Shown here one piece after another: positions 44,658 through 54,245 of a DNA stretch of 64,000 nucleotides. The translations under genes were made by a program, and so were the position numbers. The notes beneath the pieces were generated by a model, which had not been told where the DNA came from, ran no database searches, and saw nothing but the letters and a program-made list of their open reading frames with translations. Every line of letters begins with the position of its first letter. Within the stretch, counting starts at the first letter, position 1. This stretch comes from an uncultured Bacilli bacterium (lineage in GTDB: Bacteria > Bacillota_I > Bacilli_A > RF39 > UBA660). The stretch lies in the NCBI GenBank assembly GCA_934096805.1, contig CAKOMW010000001.1, positions 215,633 through 279,632 of the forward strand, read 5' to 3'.

Positions 44658-45543
44658 GACTTTTTTAAGAAGTTTGAGGGATGCTCTTAAGAGTGTTTTT
44701 CGTAATTTTAGTTTATCTTTGGCAAGTGTTTCTTGTATTACTATAACGCTTATTATTATTGCTTCGGCGCTTCTTTTGTCTGAAAATGTTAAAAATTTTA
44801 CAACTGAAATTGAAAAGGATGTTACAATTGTTGCTTTTTTAAAGTCGGATGTTACTGATGTGCAACGTGATAATTTTGAATCTTTTATTAAGACTAATGG
44901 TAATGTAGATAGTTATACTTTTAAGTCTAAGGCTGAAGTTAAGAAAGATATGCAAAAAGAAAATGATACTTTTAGTTCTGTGTTAGCAGAATGGGATGAT
45001 AAAAATAATCCTCTTAAGGATACTTATACTATTAAAGTTCGTGATGTAAAGAAGATTGGCGATACTGCTAAAGAAATTGAAACTGTTGATTGTGTTAGTA
45101 CTGTGCAATATGGAGAAGGATTAGTTGAAAAATTGGTTGGAGTGTTTGATGCGATTAAAAAGATTACGTATGCTGTGGCGCTTTCGCTTATAGTGGTTAC
45201 TATTTTCCTTATTATTAATACTATTAAACTTACTATTTTTTCTAGAAAAAGAGAGATAGGTATTATGAGGCTTGTTGGAGCTTCAAATCTTAGAATAAGA
45301 CTTCCTTTTGTGTTTGAAGGTATTATTTTAGGAGTCATTGGTTCGATTATTCCAATATTTATTGTAGTGTTTGGCTATAAGGCGTTGTATAATTATTTTG
45401 GAGGAATTTTGTTCTCTCCAGTTATAAAACTTGTTGCTCCGATGCCTTTCGTTATTAATGTTTCAATTATAATCTTGATTGTTGGAATGACAGTTGGAAT
45501 GTTGGGAAGTTCTAGAGCGGTAAGGAGGTATATAAGAGTATAA
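44644..45543 (+). CDS. ftsX: Cell-division permease-like protein FtsX
   Basis: N-terminal TM helix, extracellular domain, three C-terminal TM helices, and MRLVGASN. 14-nt overlap with ftsE. Confidence 0.88.
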   Translation: MKACRTFLRSLRDALKSVFRNFSLSLASVSCITITLIIIASALLLSENVKNFTTEIEKDVTIVAFLKSDVTDVQRDNFESFIKTNGNVDSYTFKSKAEVKKDMQKENDTFSSVLAEWDDKNNPLKDTYTIKVRDVKKIGDTAKEIETVDCVSTVQYGEGLVEKLVGVFDAIKKITYAVALSLIVVTIFLIINTIKLTIFSRKREIGIMRLVGASNLRIRLPFVFEGIILGVIGSIIPIFIVVFGYKALYNYFGGILFSPVIKLVAPMPFVINVSIIILIVGMTVGMLGSSRAVRRYIRV

Positions 45544-46667
45544 TGAGGAAGAAATGGGTTTTGATTATAATATTTAGTATCTTTTTCTTAGTACCTTTTG
45601 GTGTTAATGCAGAGTCAATTGCTGATTATAGAGCTAAGATAAAGGCTATTGAAGCTGAAAAGGCTGAGAATGAGTCTAAGAGTGCTGAGGTTCAAAAAAG
45701 AATTGATGATGCTAATGCTAGGATTAATGAAATAACTAACAAGATTGTTCAGGCTAAAAAGGATCAGGATGCTACAAGGGCGGATATTGAACGTCTTGAT
45801 AAGGAGATTGACGCTAAGAAAGAAGAAATTAAGGATTTGATATCTTTTTATCAGATTTCAAATAGTGATAATTTTTATTTGAAGTTTGTTTTTGGCGCTG
45901 ATAGTTTTGAAGATTTTATTTATAGATTTTCGGTTGCGGAACAACTTACTGATGCTAATGACAAGTTGGTTGGTGAGATGAACGATTTGATTAAAGAAAA
46001 TGAGAGTAAAATCAAAAAACTAGATGAACAACAAAAGAATCTTTCTGCTCTTAATAAAGAAATTGGGGTTGAAATTGAGAAGCTTGGTTCTCAAAAAAGA
46101 AAGTATTCTGAAAACTCTTTGACTGCTGATGAAGAAATTAAAGCTTTAAATGATCAAATAGCATTTTTTAAGAAAAAGGGTTGTTCTGAAAATCAAGATG
46201 TTACTACTTGTTCGACTAATGTTCCTTCGACAAAAGGTTTTATTCGTCCTACTACTTATGGTTATATAACTTCTTATTATGGTGGTAGAATTCATCCAAT
46301 ATATGGTGTTGCTAGTCACCACGATGGTATTGATATTGCGGCAGCGACTGGTGCTAAGGTAATGGCATCTGGTACTGGTGAAGTAATATTTTCATATGCT
46401 GATAATTATGAATATTATGGAGGATTTGGAAAGGCTGTTTTAATAGTTCATAGAGTGGGTAATAGCACTTATACTTCTTTGTATGGACATTTGAGTAAAG
46501 CTAATGTTAGGTCCGGTCAAATTGTTCAAAGAGGGGATAAAATTGGAGAGGTAGGTTCGACTGGTAATTCGACTGGTCCACATTTGCATTTTCAATTTAT
46601 GTATGGAAGTGGATATGGAAGTACGCTTGATCCTTTGGATATGGTTAATATGCCTCTTTCATGGTAA
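45543..46667 (+). CDS. Coiled-coil + M23 peptidoglycan hydrolase (PcsB/EnvC-like FtsEX partner candidate)
   Basis: Signal peptide and about 200 aa of coiled coil. M23 domain HHDGIDIAA...LYGHL...GNSTGPHLHFQ. TAATG overlap with ftsX. Confidence 0.85.
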   Translation: MRKKWVLIIIFSIFFLVPFGVNAESIADYRAKIKAIEAEKAENESKSAEVQKRIDDANARINEITNKIVQAKKDQDATRADIERLDKEIDAKKEEIKDLISFYQISNSDNFYLKFVFGADSFEDFIYRFSVAEQLTDANDKLVGEMNDLIKENESKIKKLDEQQKNLSALNKEIGVEIEKLGSQKRKYSENSLTADEEIKALNDQIAFFKKKGCSENQDVTTCSTNVPSTKGFIRPTTYGYITSYYGGRIHPIYGVASHHDGIDIAAATGAKVMASGTGEVIFSYADNYEYYGGFGKAVLIVHRVGNSTYTSLYGHLSKANVRSGQIVQRGDKIGEVGSTGNSTGPHLHFQFMYGSGYGSTLDPLDMVNMPLSW

Positions 46668-46692
46668 AACACTGAATTTTCGGTGTTTTTTT
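46667..46692 (+). terminator. Rho-independent terminator
   Basis: aaacac (46667-72) pairs with gtgttt (46683-88), then a T-run. Confidence 0.55.
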
Positions 46693-46783
46693 ATTGACTT
46701 TATTTATTTTTTGTGATATTCTTTAGTTGTTGACACGAAAGTGTTTTTATTTTGGAATTAAACATATAATTAAGAGGTGGAAT

Positions 46784-46948
46784 ATGAAAGCATTAAATAA
46801 TATTAAAGGTGAAATGTCTAAAGTAAAGTGGCCTGATAAGAAATATATGGTTAAGTATTCTATTGCATGTTTTTCAATGACAATAGTTTTAGCTTTATAT
46901 TTTTATGGTCTTAATGTAATTATGGCTTTATTGAAAGGATTAAGATAG
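46784..46948 (+). CDS. secE: Preprotein translocase subunit SecE
   Basis: 54 aa. EMSKVKWPDKK plus a single TM helix. Precedes nusG. ATG 46784 follows AGAGGTGG. Confidence 0.88.
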   Translation: MKALNNIKGEMSKVKWPDKKYMVKYSIACFSMTIVLALYFYGLNVIMALLKGLR

Positions 46949-46949
46949 T

Positions 46950-47483
46950 ATGGATAAAAAGTGGTATGTAGTTAATACTTATTCTGGACATGAAAAAAAG
47001 GTTCAAGAAAAGTTACTTATGAGAGCTTCTTCGATGGGAATGGAGGATTACATTTTTAGAGTAATTGTTCCAGAACAAACAGAAGTTGAAGTAAAGGATG
47101 GAGTTTCTAAGGAAAAGGTTAAAAAGTTATTTCCTGGTTATGTTCTTGTTGAAATGATAATGACAGATGAAGCTTGGTTTGTTGTTCGTAATACTCCTGG
47201 TGTTACGGGATTTATTGGTTCAAGTGGTAAGGGTGCTAAACCTACCCCTTTACAACCTTATGAAGTTGACAAAATTCTTAATAATATGGGTATGTCAAGG
47301 CTTGAAGTTTCTAGTGATTTAGTTGAAGGAGAACTTGTTAAAGTGATATCTGGTCCGTTTGCAGGAATGGAAGGTAAGATTGAATCTCTTGATTTACCTA
47401 ATCAAGTTCTTACAGTTTTACTTGATTTATTCGGGCAAGAAACTTCGGTGGAAGTTGAATTATCTCAAATAGAAAAAGCGTAA
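46950..47483 (+). CDS. nusG: Transcription termination/antitermination factor NusG
   Basis: KWYVVNTYSGHEKKV, the NGN domain, and the KOW motif GELVKVISGPFAGMEGKIE. Confidence 0.95.
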   Translation: MDKKWYVVNTYSGHEKKVQEKLLMRASSMGMEDYIFRVIVPEQTEVEVKDGVSKEKVKKLFPGYVLVEMIMTDEAWFVVRNTPGVTGFIGSSGKGAKPTPLQPYEVDKILNNMGMSRLEVSSDLVEGELVKVISGPFAGMEGKIESLDLPNQVLTVLLDLFGQETSVEVELSQIEKA

Positions 47484-47488
47484 AAGAC

Positions 47489-47517
47489 TTGCATTTTTTC
47501 TAATTTAGTGATATTAT
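47489..47517 (+). promoter_or_regulatory. Putative sigma-A promoter of rplK-rplA
   Basis: TTGCAT (47489-94), 17-nt spacer, TATTAT (47512-17). Confidence 0.5.
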
Positions 47518-47628
47518 TTAAACGCTATATATTTTTTAATATATATTTAGTGGGAGGCATTTAGCTATTTGCGGTCATGCTATTAAGACCACTCGCTTTC
47601 TTAACAAAAATTTATGGAGGTGTTTTTC

Positions 47629-48054
47629 GTGGCAAAAGAAGTTGCAAGAAAAGTAAAGTTACAAATTGCTGCAGGAAAGGCTACACCAGCTCCACCAGTT
47701 GGTACAGTTTTAGGTCCTACAGGAATTAACTTGAGTGAATTTTGTACAAAGTACAATGATGCTACAAGAGAAAAAATGGGAGATGTATTACCGGTTGAAA
47801 TTTCTATTTATGATGATAGGACATTTGATTTTGTAATTAAGACTCCACCAGCAGCATTTTTAATTAAGAAATATGCTAAAGTACAAAAGGGTTCTGTTAA
47901 AGGCTCTAAAGAAGTAGTAGGTACTTTGACTAAGGAACAATTAAAAGAAATTGCTGAAATTAAATTACCTGATTTAAATGCTTATTCAATAGAAGAGGCA
48001 ATGAAAATCGTTGAAGGTACTGCTAAAAACATGGGAATAACTATAGCAGAATAA
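47629..48054 (+). CDS. rplK: 50S ribosomal protein L11
   Basis: GTG start after GGAGGTG. AKEVARKVKLQIAAGKATPAPPVGTVLGPTGIN. Confidence 0.95.
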   Translation: MAKEVARKVKLQIAAGKATPAPPVGTVLGPTGINLSEFCTKYNDATREKMGDVLPVEISIYDDRTFDFVIKTPPAAFLIKKYAKVQKGSVKGSKEVVGTLTKEQLKEIAEIKLPDLNAYSIEEAMKIVEGTAKNMGITIAE

Positions 48055-48137
48055 ATAAAATAGTTATTAGTTATTTTACATAGGGTTACCCTATGTGGGA
48101 GGTAAAACCGCAATTACCACATAAGGAGGTTAAAATA

Positions 48138-48836
48138 ATGAAAAATAGAGGAAAGAATTATAAAACTCTAGTTGCTAAAGTTGAAAAAGGTAAGCTTTAT
48201 ACTAGTGAAGAAGCTATTTCATTAGTTAAGGAACTTGCTAATACTAAGTTTGATGCAACAATTGAAGTTGCTATGAATCTTAACTTAGATGTTAAAAAGG
48301 CTGATCAACAATTAAGAGGAGCTATTACGTTACCAAAAGGAACAGGTAAGACTTGTAGAGTATTAGTTCTTGCTAAGGGAGATCATGCTAAAGAAGCAGT
48401 TGAAGCTGGTGCTGATTATGTTGGGGATGCTGATATGATTGAAAAAATTCAAAAGGAAAATTGGTTTGAATATGATACAATTATAGCTACTCCTGATATG
48501 ATGCCTCAACTTGGTAAATTAGGTAAGATTTTAGGACCAAAAGGTTTAATGCCAAATCCTAAGACTGGTACAGTTACTAACAACGTTAAACAAGCTGTTA
48601 CTGAAGCTAAAGCAGGTAGAGTTGAATATAGAACAGATAGTTATGGAAATGTTCATGGAATAATTGGTAAGGCTTCATTTAGTAATGAAGATTTAGTGGA
48701 AAATTTAAATGCGTTTGTTAAAACAATTTTAAGAGCTAAACCTCAAACTGCTAAAGGAACTTATGTAAAGTCTATTAGTGTTTCTGCTACTATGAGTCCA
48801 TCTGTAAGAATTGATCAAAATAGTTTTGACAATTAA
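48138..48836 (+). CDS. rplA: 50S ribosomal protein L1
   Basis: ATG 48138 follows [41 protein letters not shown]. Confidence 0.95.
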   Translation: MKNRGKNYKTLVAKVEKGKLYTSEEAISLVKELANTKFDATIEVAMNLNLDVKKADQQLRGAITLPKGTGKTCRVLVLAKGDHAKEAVEAGADYVGDADMIEKIQKENWFEYDTIIATPDMMPQLGKLGKILGPKGLMPNPKTGTVTNNVKQAVTEAKAGRVEYRTDSYGNVHGIIGKASFSNEDLVENLNAFVKTILRAKPQTAKGTYVKSISVSATMSPSVRIDQNSFDN

Positions 48837-48839
48837 TAG

Positions 48840-48990
48840 GAAATAGTGTATAATATTATTGAATTTAGTTTTTAAGTGCCAAAGACAGTAGGTGTAGAAG
48901 TAAATCCTACCGAGGACTTTTATAAAGTAATCTAGAGTCTTTGCATGCAAAAGGCTCTTTTGTTTAGGTACTGAATATTATAAGGAGGTG
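48840..48990 (+). ncRNA. Probable L10(L12)4-binding leader of rplJL
   Basis: A 160-nt untranslated gap before rplJ with a paired element ...cagtaggtg...cctaccgagg... and a second hairpin agagtctttgcatgcaaaaggctct. Position is as for the Firmicute L10 leader. Not verified by a covariance model. Confidence 0.4.
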
Positions 48991-48996
48991 TGTCTT

Positions 48997-49488
48997 ATGC
49001 CAAGTGTTAAAGTTTTAGAAATGAAACAAGAGGTTGTATCTGAAATCAAGGATAAGTTATCTAATTGCAAGTCATTTGTTTTATTTGATTATCGTGGTTT
49101 GACCGATGGTGAAACTAAGGATTTGAGAATAAAGCTTAGAGAAACTGATTCGGATTACAAGGTATACAAAAATACTTTGCTTAAAATTGCTCTTAAGGAT
49201 TTGAATATTGACTTAGATAGTTATTTAGAAGGTCCTACTGCTATTGCATTTTCAAAAGATGATATAGCAGCGATTAAAGTACTTAGCGAATGTTCTAAAA
49301 AGAATGATGCTTTAGTACTTAAAGCAGGTATGGTTGAAGGCAATATGGCTGATAAGGATAAGTTAGATGAATTTGCTAAGATTCCATCACGTGAAGGATT
49401 GTATACTATGCTTGCTGGTGGTATGATTCAAATAGTTAAAGATTTATCAATTGCTTTAAATCTTTATACAGAACAAAAAGAAAATTAA
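48997..49488 (+). CDS. rplJ: 50S ribosomal protein L10
   Basis: ATG 48997 follows AAGGAGGTG. FVLFDYRGLTDGETKDLR. Confidence 0.94.
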   Translation: MPSVKVLEMKQEVVSEIKDKLSNCKSFVLFDYRGLTDGETKDLRIKLRETDSDYKVYKNTLLKIALKDLNIDLDSYLEGPTAIAFSKDDIAAIKVLSECSKKNDALVLKAGMVEGNMADKDKLDEFAKIPSREGLYTMLAGGMIQIVKDLSIALNLYTEQKEN

Positions 49489-49522
49489 TAAAAATAAATT
49501 AAATTAAGGGAGGAAAAATATT

Positions 49523-49888
49523 ATGGCAAAAATAACAAAGGAAGAATTTATTAGCTCTTTAAAAGAAATGACATTATTAGAAGTAAAGGAATTAGTTGAT
49601 GCAATGAAAGAAGAATTTGGTGTTGATCCAAGTGCAGTTACAGTAGCATCAGCTCCAGCAGCAGCAGAAGAACAAGGACCATCTACTTTAACAGTTGTTC
49701 TTAAAAATGCTGGTGCAGCAAAAATTAATGTCATTAAAATAATCAGAGAAGTTACTGGTTTAGGATTAAAAGAAGCTAAAGATATCGCTGATGCAGGTGG
49801 AAATGTTAAAGAAAATATTCCTGCTGAAGAAGCTAATGAATTAAAAGCTAGATTAGAAGAAGCTGGCGCTGAAGTTGAATTAAAATAA
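49523..49888 (+). CDS. rplL: 50S ribosomal protein L7/L12
   Basis: The alanine-rich hinge ASAPAAAEE and KIIREVTGLGLKEAKD...EAGAEVELK. Confidence 0.96.
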   Translation: MAKITKEEFISSLKEMTLLEVKELVDAMKEEFGVDPSAVTVASAPAAAEEQGPSTLTVVLKNAGAAKINVIKIIREVTGLGLKEAKDIADAGGNVKENIPAEEANELKARLEEAGAEVELK

Positions 49889-49898
49889 TTGACTATTT

Positions 49899-49925
49899 AA
49901 AGCCTGTTTTAAACATGGGCTTTTT
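49899..49925 (+). terminator. Rho-independent terminator after rplL
   Basis: aaagcc (49899-904) pairs with ggcttt (49918-23), within a T-run. Confidence 0.55.
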
Positions 49926-49946
49926 GTCGTTTATAGAGGAGGAAAA

Positions 49947-50534
49947 ATGACTCACTATTTTACTAATGATAATATTGAAAGTAATATAAAAAAAATATTG
50001 GTAAAAGTTAGGGATAAGACTTTTAGTTTTTATACTGATAATGGGGTGTTTTCTAAACGTGGTCTTGATTTTGGGAGTAGAAGTTTGATAGAAACTGTTC
50101 TTGATTTGGACATACATGGAAATGTTTTAGATATTGGTTGTGGCTATGGTGTTATCGGAATCATTTTATCTTCTTTTTTTCATGGAAATTATGATTTAGT
50201 TGATGTTAATAAGAGGGCTATTCATCTTGCAAAAATGAATGTTTCTTTAAATAAAGTTTCAGGTGTTAATGTTTTTTGTAGTGATGTTTATTCTGGCGTT
50301 TCGAAAAAATATGATTTTATTGTGACCAATCCTCCGATTAGGGTTGGTAAGGAAATTTTATATAAATTCTTGTTTGAGGCTAAGGATTATTTAGTATCTG
50401 GAGGATCTTTGATATTTGTTATTAATAAGGATCAAGGCGCTAAGAGTGTTATTAAGGATTTGTCTTTAATTGGTAATGTTTCAATTTTGAAAAAAAATAA
50501 AGGTTTTTTTGTAATAAAATGTATTTTTGATTGA
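49947..50534 (+). CDS. Class I SAM-dependent (RsmC/YbxB-like) rRNA methyltransferase
   Basis: VLDIGCGYGVIG and VTNPPIRVGK. Sits in the rplL-rpoB slot occupied by ybxB in B. subtilis. Confidence 0.82.
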   Translation: MTHYFTNDNIESNIKKILVKVRDKTFSFYTDNGVFSKRGLDFGSRSLIETVLDLDIHGNVLDIGCGYGVIGIILSSFFHGNYDLVDVNKRAIHLAKMNVSLNKVSGVNVFCSDVYSGVSKKYDFIVTNPPIRVGKEILYKFLFEAKDYLVSGGSLIFVINKDQGAKSVIKDLSLIGNVSILKKNKGFFVIKCIFD

Positions 50535-50630
50535 CAAGTTGATTAAATTGTGGTAATAATATAAGTTGGTTATTTGTCTGTTTTGAAGACGAATTGTTGT
50601 TTAAAAATTTGAAAGTAGGGGTGATTTTTT

Positions 50631-53600
50631 GTGGCATTTAAGGTAGTTAGCTGTGGTGACCATAGAAAAAGAAGAAATTTTTCCAAAATTAAAAACACTT
50701 ATGAATTAAGAGATTTATTGGAAATACAAAAAAAATCATATAATTGGTTTATTGAGAAAGGTATTGAAGAAGTATTCAATGATTTATTCCCCGTAGAGAA
50801 CTTTGCTGGTACATTATCATTGGAGTTTGGTGATTATCATTTTGATGAGCCTAGGTATTCTATTAAGGAATGTAAGGAAAGGTATGCGACTTATGCTGCT
50901 CCTTTGAAGGTTGATGTAAGATTATTTAATAATGAAACTGGTGAAGTTAAAGAACAAGAAATTTTCTTGGGTGATATGCCACTTATGACAGATAGTGGTA
51001 CTTTTGTCATAAATGGTGCTGAACGTGTAATAGTTTCACAGCTTGTTAGGTCTCCATCTGTATATTTTAATAAAGAACTTGATAAGAATGGTAGACTTTT
51101 AATTACTTCACAAATTATACCAACTCGTGGTACTTGGTTAGAGTTTGAAACTGATGCTAGGGATATTTTATATGTACGTATAGATAGAACTAGAAAGGTT
51201 CCTTTAACAACATTACTTCGTGCATTTGGATTATCTAGTGATGAAGATATTATTAAATTGTTTGGTGATAGTGAGTTTCTTGAAAATACTATTGCTAAGG
51301 ATTCTACTAGAAATACTGATGAAGCTTTAATTGAAATTTATGAAAAGTTAAGACCAGGTGAACCTGCGACTCTTGATAGTTCTAAGAATCAAATTATTAC
51401 TAGATTTTTTGATGAATTTAGATATGATTTAGCTAAAGTTGGTAGATATAAATTTAATATTAAGTTAAATGTTCTTGATAGATTACTTAATCAAACTTTA
51501 GCGGAAGATATTAAAGTTGATGGTGAAGTTGTTGTTCCTAAGGATACAGTTGTTACTAAGGAAGTTCTTGAAACCTTAAAACCAATATTTGAAAATGGTT
51601 ATGGTGTTAAAGAAGTTAAGATTAATGATGAATTAGATACTTATAATAAAGTACAAATGGTTAAGGTTTATAAACCTGGTACTAAAAAGAAATTAGTGGT
51701 TATTGGTAATGATCAAAGTATCGACTCTAAAAGACTTACTATTTCTGATGTTTATGCATCTTGTTCATATTACTTAAATTTACTTGATGGTGTTGGTAAT
51801 TTTGATGAAATAGATCACTTAGGGAATAGAAGAATTCGTCAAGTAGGAGAACTTTTACAAAATCAATTTAGGGTAGGGGTTACTCGTATGGAAAGGGTTA
51901 TTCGTGAAAGAATGACTACTCAAGATATTAATGAAGTTACTCCAAAGACTCTTATTAATATTAGACCTATTACTGCTATATTAAAGGAATTCTTTGGTAG
52001 TTCACAATTGTCACAATTCATGGATCAAATTAATCCGATAGCAGAGTTAACTCATAAGAGACGTCTTTCTGCTTTAGGACCTGGTGGACTTTCTAGAGAT
52101 AGAGCAGGAATGGATGTGCGTGATGTTAATGAATCGCATTATGGTAGAATTTGTCCAATTGAATCTCCAGAAGGACCTAATATTGGGCTTATTACAACTT
52201 TAGCTAGTTATGCTAAGATTGATGATTATGGATTTATTAAGACTCCTTATCGTAAGGTTGTAGATAGTGTTATTACTGATGAAATAGTGTATTTTACTGC
52301 TGATGAAGAAGGGGATTTGATTATTTCTCAATCTACTGTTAAAACTGATGAAAATAATAAGATTATTGATGAAACAGTTGCTGCTCGTTATCGTGGAGAA
52401 AATGTTATGGCTACTCCAGATAAGGTTGATTATATAGATGTTTCGCCTCAACAAGTTGTATCTATTACAACTAGTTGTATTCCATTTTTGGAACATGATG
52501 ATGCGACTCGTGCACTTATGGGTTCTAATATGCAACGTCAAGCTGTACCGCTTCTTAAACCAGAAGCACCGTTTGTAGGTACTGGTGTTGAATATATCGC
52601 AGCGAGAGATTCTGGTTCAACAATTGTTGCTAAAGCTGATGGAGTTGTTTCTTATGTTGATGGTAGAAAGATTATTGTTGAAAACAAGGGTGGAGTTGAT
52701 GAGTATTATCTAACTGATTTTACGGCATCAAACCAAGGTACTTGTTTCCATCATAAACCAATTGTAAAAGTTGGGGATAAAGTAAAACGTGGCACTACTA
52801 TTTTAGCGGATGGACCTTCTTGTGATAAGGGTGAACTTGCTCTTGGTAAGAATGTAACTGTTGCATTTATGCTGTTTAATGGATATAACTATGAAGATGC
52901 TGTTATATTGAATGAAAGATTAGTTAAGGAAGATGCTTATACTTCAATTCATATTGAGGATTACGAAATGCCATGTCGTGATACTAAGCTTGGCCCTGAA
53001 GAAATTACAAGAGATATTCCTAATGTTAGTGAAGAAGCTCGTAAGAATTTGGATGCTGATGGTATTATTAGAATTGGTACTGAAGTAAAAGAAGGGGATA
53101 TTTTAGTAGGTAAGGTTACTCCGAAGGGAATGGCTGAGCTTACTTCAGAAGAAAAACTTCTTCATGCTATCTTTGGAGAAAAAACTCGTGAAGTTAGGGA
53201 TACATCTTTACGTGTTCCACATGGTGGAGATGGGATTGTTCATGATGTTAAGGTATTTACCAAGAAAAATAGTGATGAACTTGCTTCTGGTGTTTCTAAA
53301 TTGGTACGTGTTTATATAGTTCAAAAGCGTAAAATTCAAGTAGGGGATAAGATGTCTGGTCGTCATGGTAATAAAGGGGTTATTTCTTTAATACTTCCAC
53401 AAGAAGATATGCCTTATTTACCTGATGGTACACCGGTTGATATAATGCTTAATCCACTTGGTGTTCCATCACGTATGAATATTGGACAAGTGCTTGAATT
53501 GCATCTTGGTATGGCTTGTAAAAAACTTGGTGTTCATGTTGCTACTCCAGTATTTGATGGTGCTAAAGAAGAAGATGTTATTGCGATGATGAAGGAAGCA

Positions 53601-54245
53601 GGAATGGATGAAGATGGTAAAACAGTGCTTTATGATGGACGTACTGGTAGACCTTTTGATAACAAAGTTTCTGTTGGTGTCATGTATATGATTAAACTTA
53701 ACCACATGGTTGAGGATAAGATGCATGCTCGTGCTACTGGGCCATATAGTTTAGTTACTCAACAACCACTTGGAGGAAAAGCTCAATTTGGTGGACAAAG
53801 ATTTGGAGAAATGGAAGTTTGGGCACTTTATGCATATGGTGCTGCTCATACATTACAAGAAATTATGACTATTAAGTCTGATGATGTTATTGGACGTGTT
53901 AAAGTTTATGAGGCTCTTGTTAAAGGACAAAAGGTAGATCAAGCTGGTGTTCCTGAATCGTTTAGGGTTCTTATAAAAGAATTCCAAGCTTTAGGACTTG
54001 ATATTCAAATTATAAATGATAATAATGAAGTTTTAGATTTAAAGCAAATAGAAAAAGATGAGGTTCAAGAGAGTATGAACTTTAATGAAGTAGAAGTTTC
54101 TAAAGAAGAAAAAGAAGATGTTGCTTTAAAAGTTGAAGATGGTTCTTGTGAAAGTGAAGAAGATGGGTTTGAGTCTGATGATTTAGATGTTGATTTTGAT
54201 CCAGAATCATTAAAGAAGGAAAATGAAAGTGGGGTGAATTACTAA
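50631..54245 (+). CDS. rpoB: DNA-directed RNA polymerase beta subunit
   Basis: GTG start. The Rif region [30 protein letters not shown], and [13 protein letters not shown]. Confidence 0.98.
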   Translation: MAFKVVSCGDHRKRRNFSKIKNTYELRDLLEIQKKSYNWFIEKGIEEVFNDLFPVENFAGTLSLEFGDYHFDEPRYSIKECKERYATYAAPLKVDVRLFNNETGEVKEQEIFLGDMPLMTDSGTFVINGAERVIVSQLVRSPSVYFNKELDKNGRLLITSQIIPTRGTWLEFETDARDILYVRIDRTRKVPLTTLLRAFGLSSDEDIIKLFGDSEFLENTIAKDSTRNTDEALIEIYEKLRPGEPATLDSSKNQIITRFFDEFRYDLAKVGRYKFNIKLNVLDRLLNQTLAEDIKVDGEVVVPKDTVVTKEVLETLKPIFENGYGVKEVKINDELDTYNKVQMVKVYKPGTKKKLVVIGNDQSIDSKRLTISDVYASCSYYLNLLDGVGNFDEIDHLGNRRIRQVGELLQNQFRVGVTRMERVIRERMTTQDINEVTPKTLINIRPITAILKEFFGSSQLSQFMDQINPIAELTHKRRLSALGPGGLSRDRAGMDVRDVNESHYGRICPIESPEGPNIGLITTLASYAKIDDYGFIKTPYRKVVDSVITDEIVYFTADEEGDLIISQSTVKTDENNKIIDETVAARYRGENVMATPDKVDYIDVSPQQVVSITTSCIPFLEHDDATRALMGSNMQRQAVPLLKPEAPFVGTGVEYIAARDSGSTIVAKADGVVSYVDGRKIIVENKGGVDEYYLTDFTASNQGTCFHHKPIVKVGDKVKRGTTILADGPSCDKGELALGKNVTVAFMLFNGYNYEDAVILNERLVKEDAYTSIHIEDYEMPCRDTKLGPEEITRDIPNVSEEARKNLDADGIIRIGTEVKEGDILVGKVTPKGMAELTSEEKLLHAIFGEKTREVRDTSLRVPHGGDGIVHDVKVFTKKNSDELASGVSKLVRVYIVQKRKIQVGDKMSGRHGNKGVISLILPQEDMPYLPDGTPVDIMLNPLGVPSRMNIGQVLELHLGMACKKLGVHVATPVFDGAKEEDVIAMMKEAGMDEDGKTVLYDGRTGRPFDNKVSVGVMYMIKLNHMVEDKMHARATGPYSLVTQQPLGGKAQFGGQRFGEMEVWALYAYGAAHTLQEIMTIKSDDVIGRVKVYEALVKGQKVDQAGVPESFRVLIKEFQALGLDIQIINDNNEVLDLKQIEKDEVQESMNFNEVEVSKEEKEDVALKVEDGSCESEEDGFESDDLDVDFDPESLKKENESGVNY

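Noticed and set aside
54050-54242. The acidic C-terminal tail of RpoB as an unusual extension.
   Set aside because: Short acidic tails on Firmicute RpoB proteins are common. Nothing here is distinctive enough to report.
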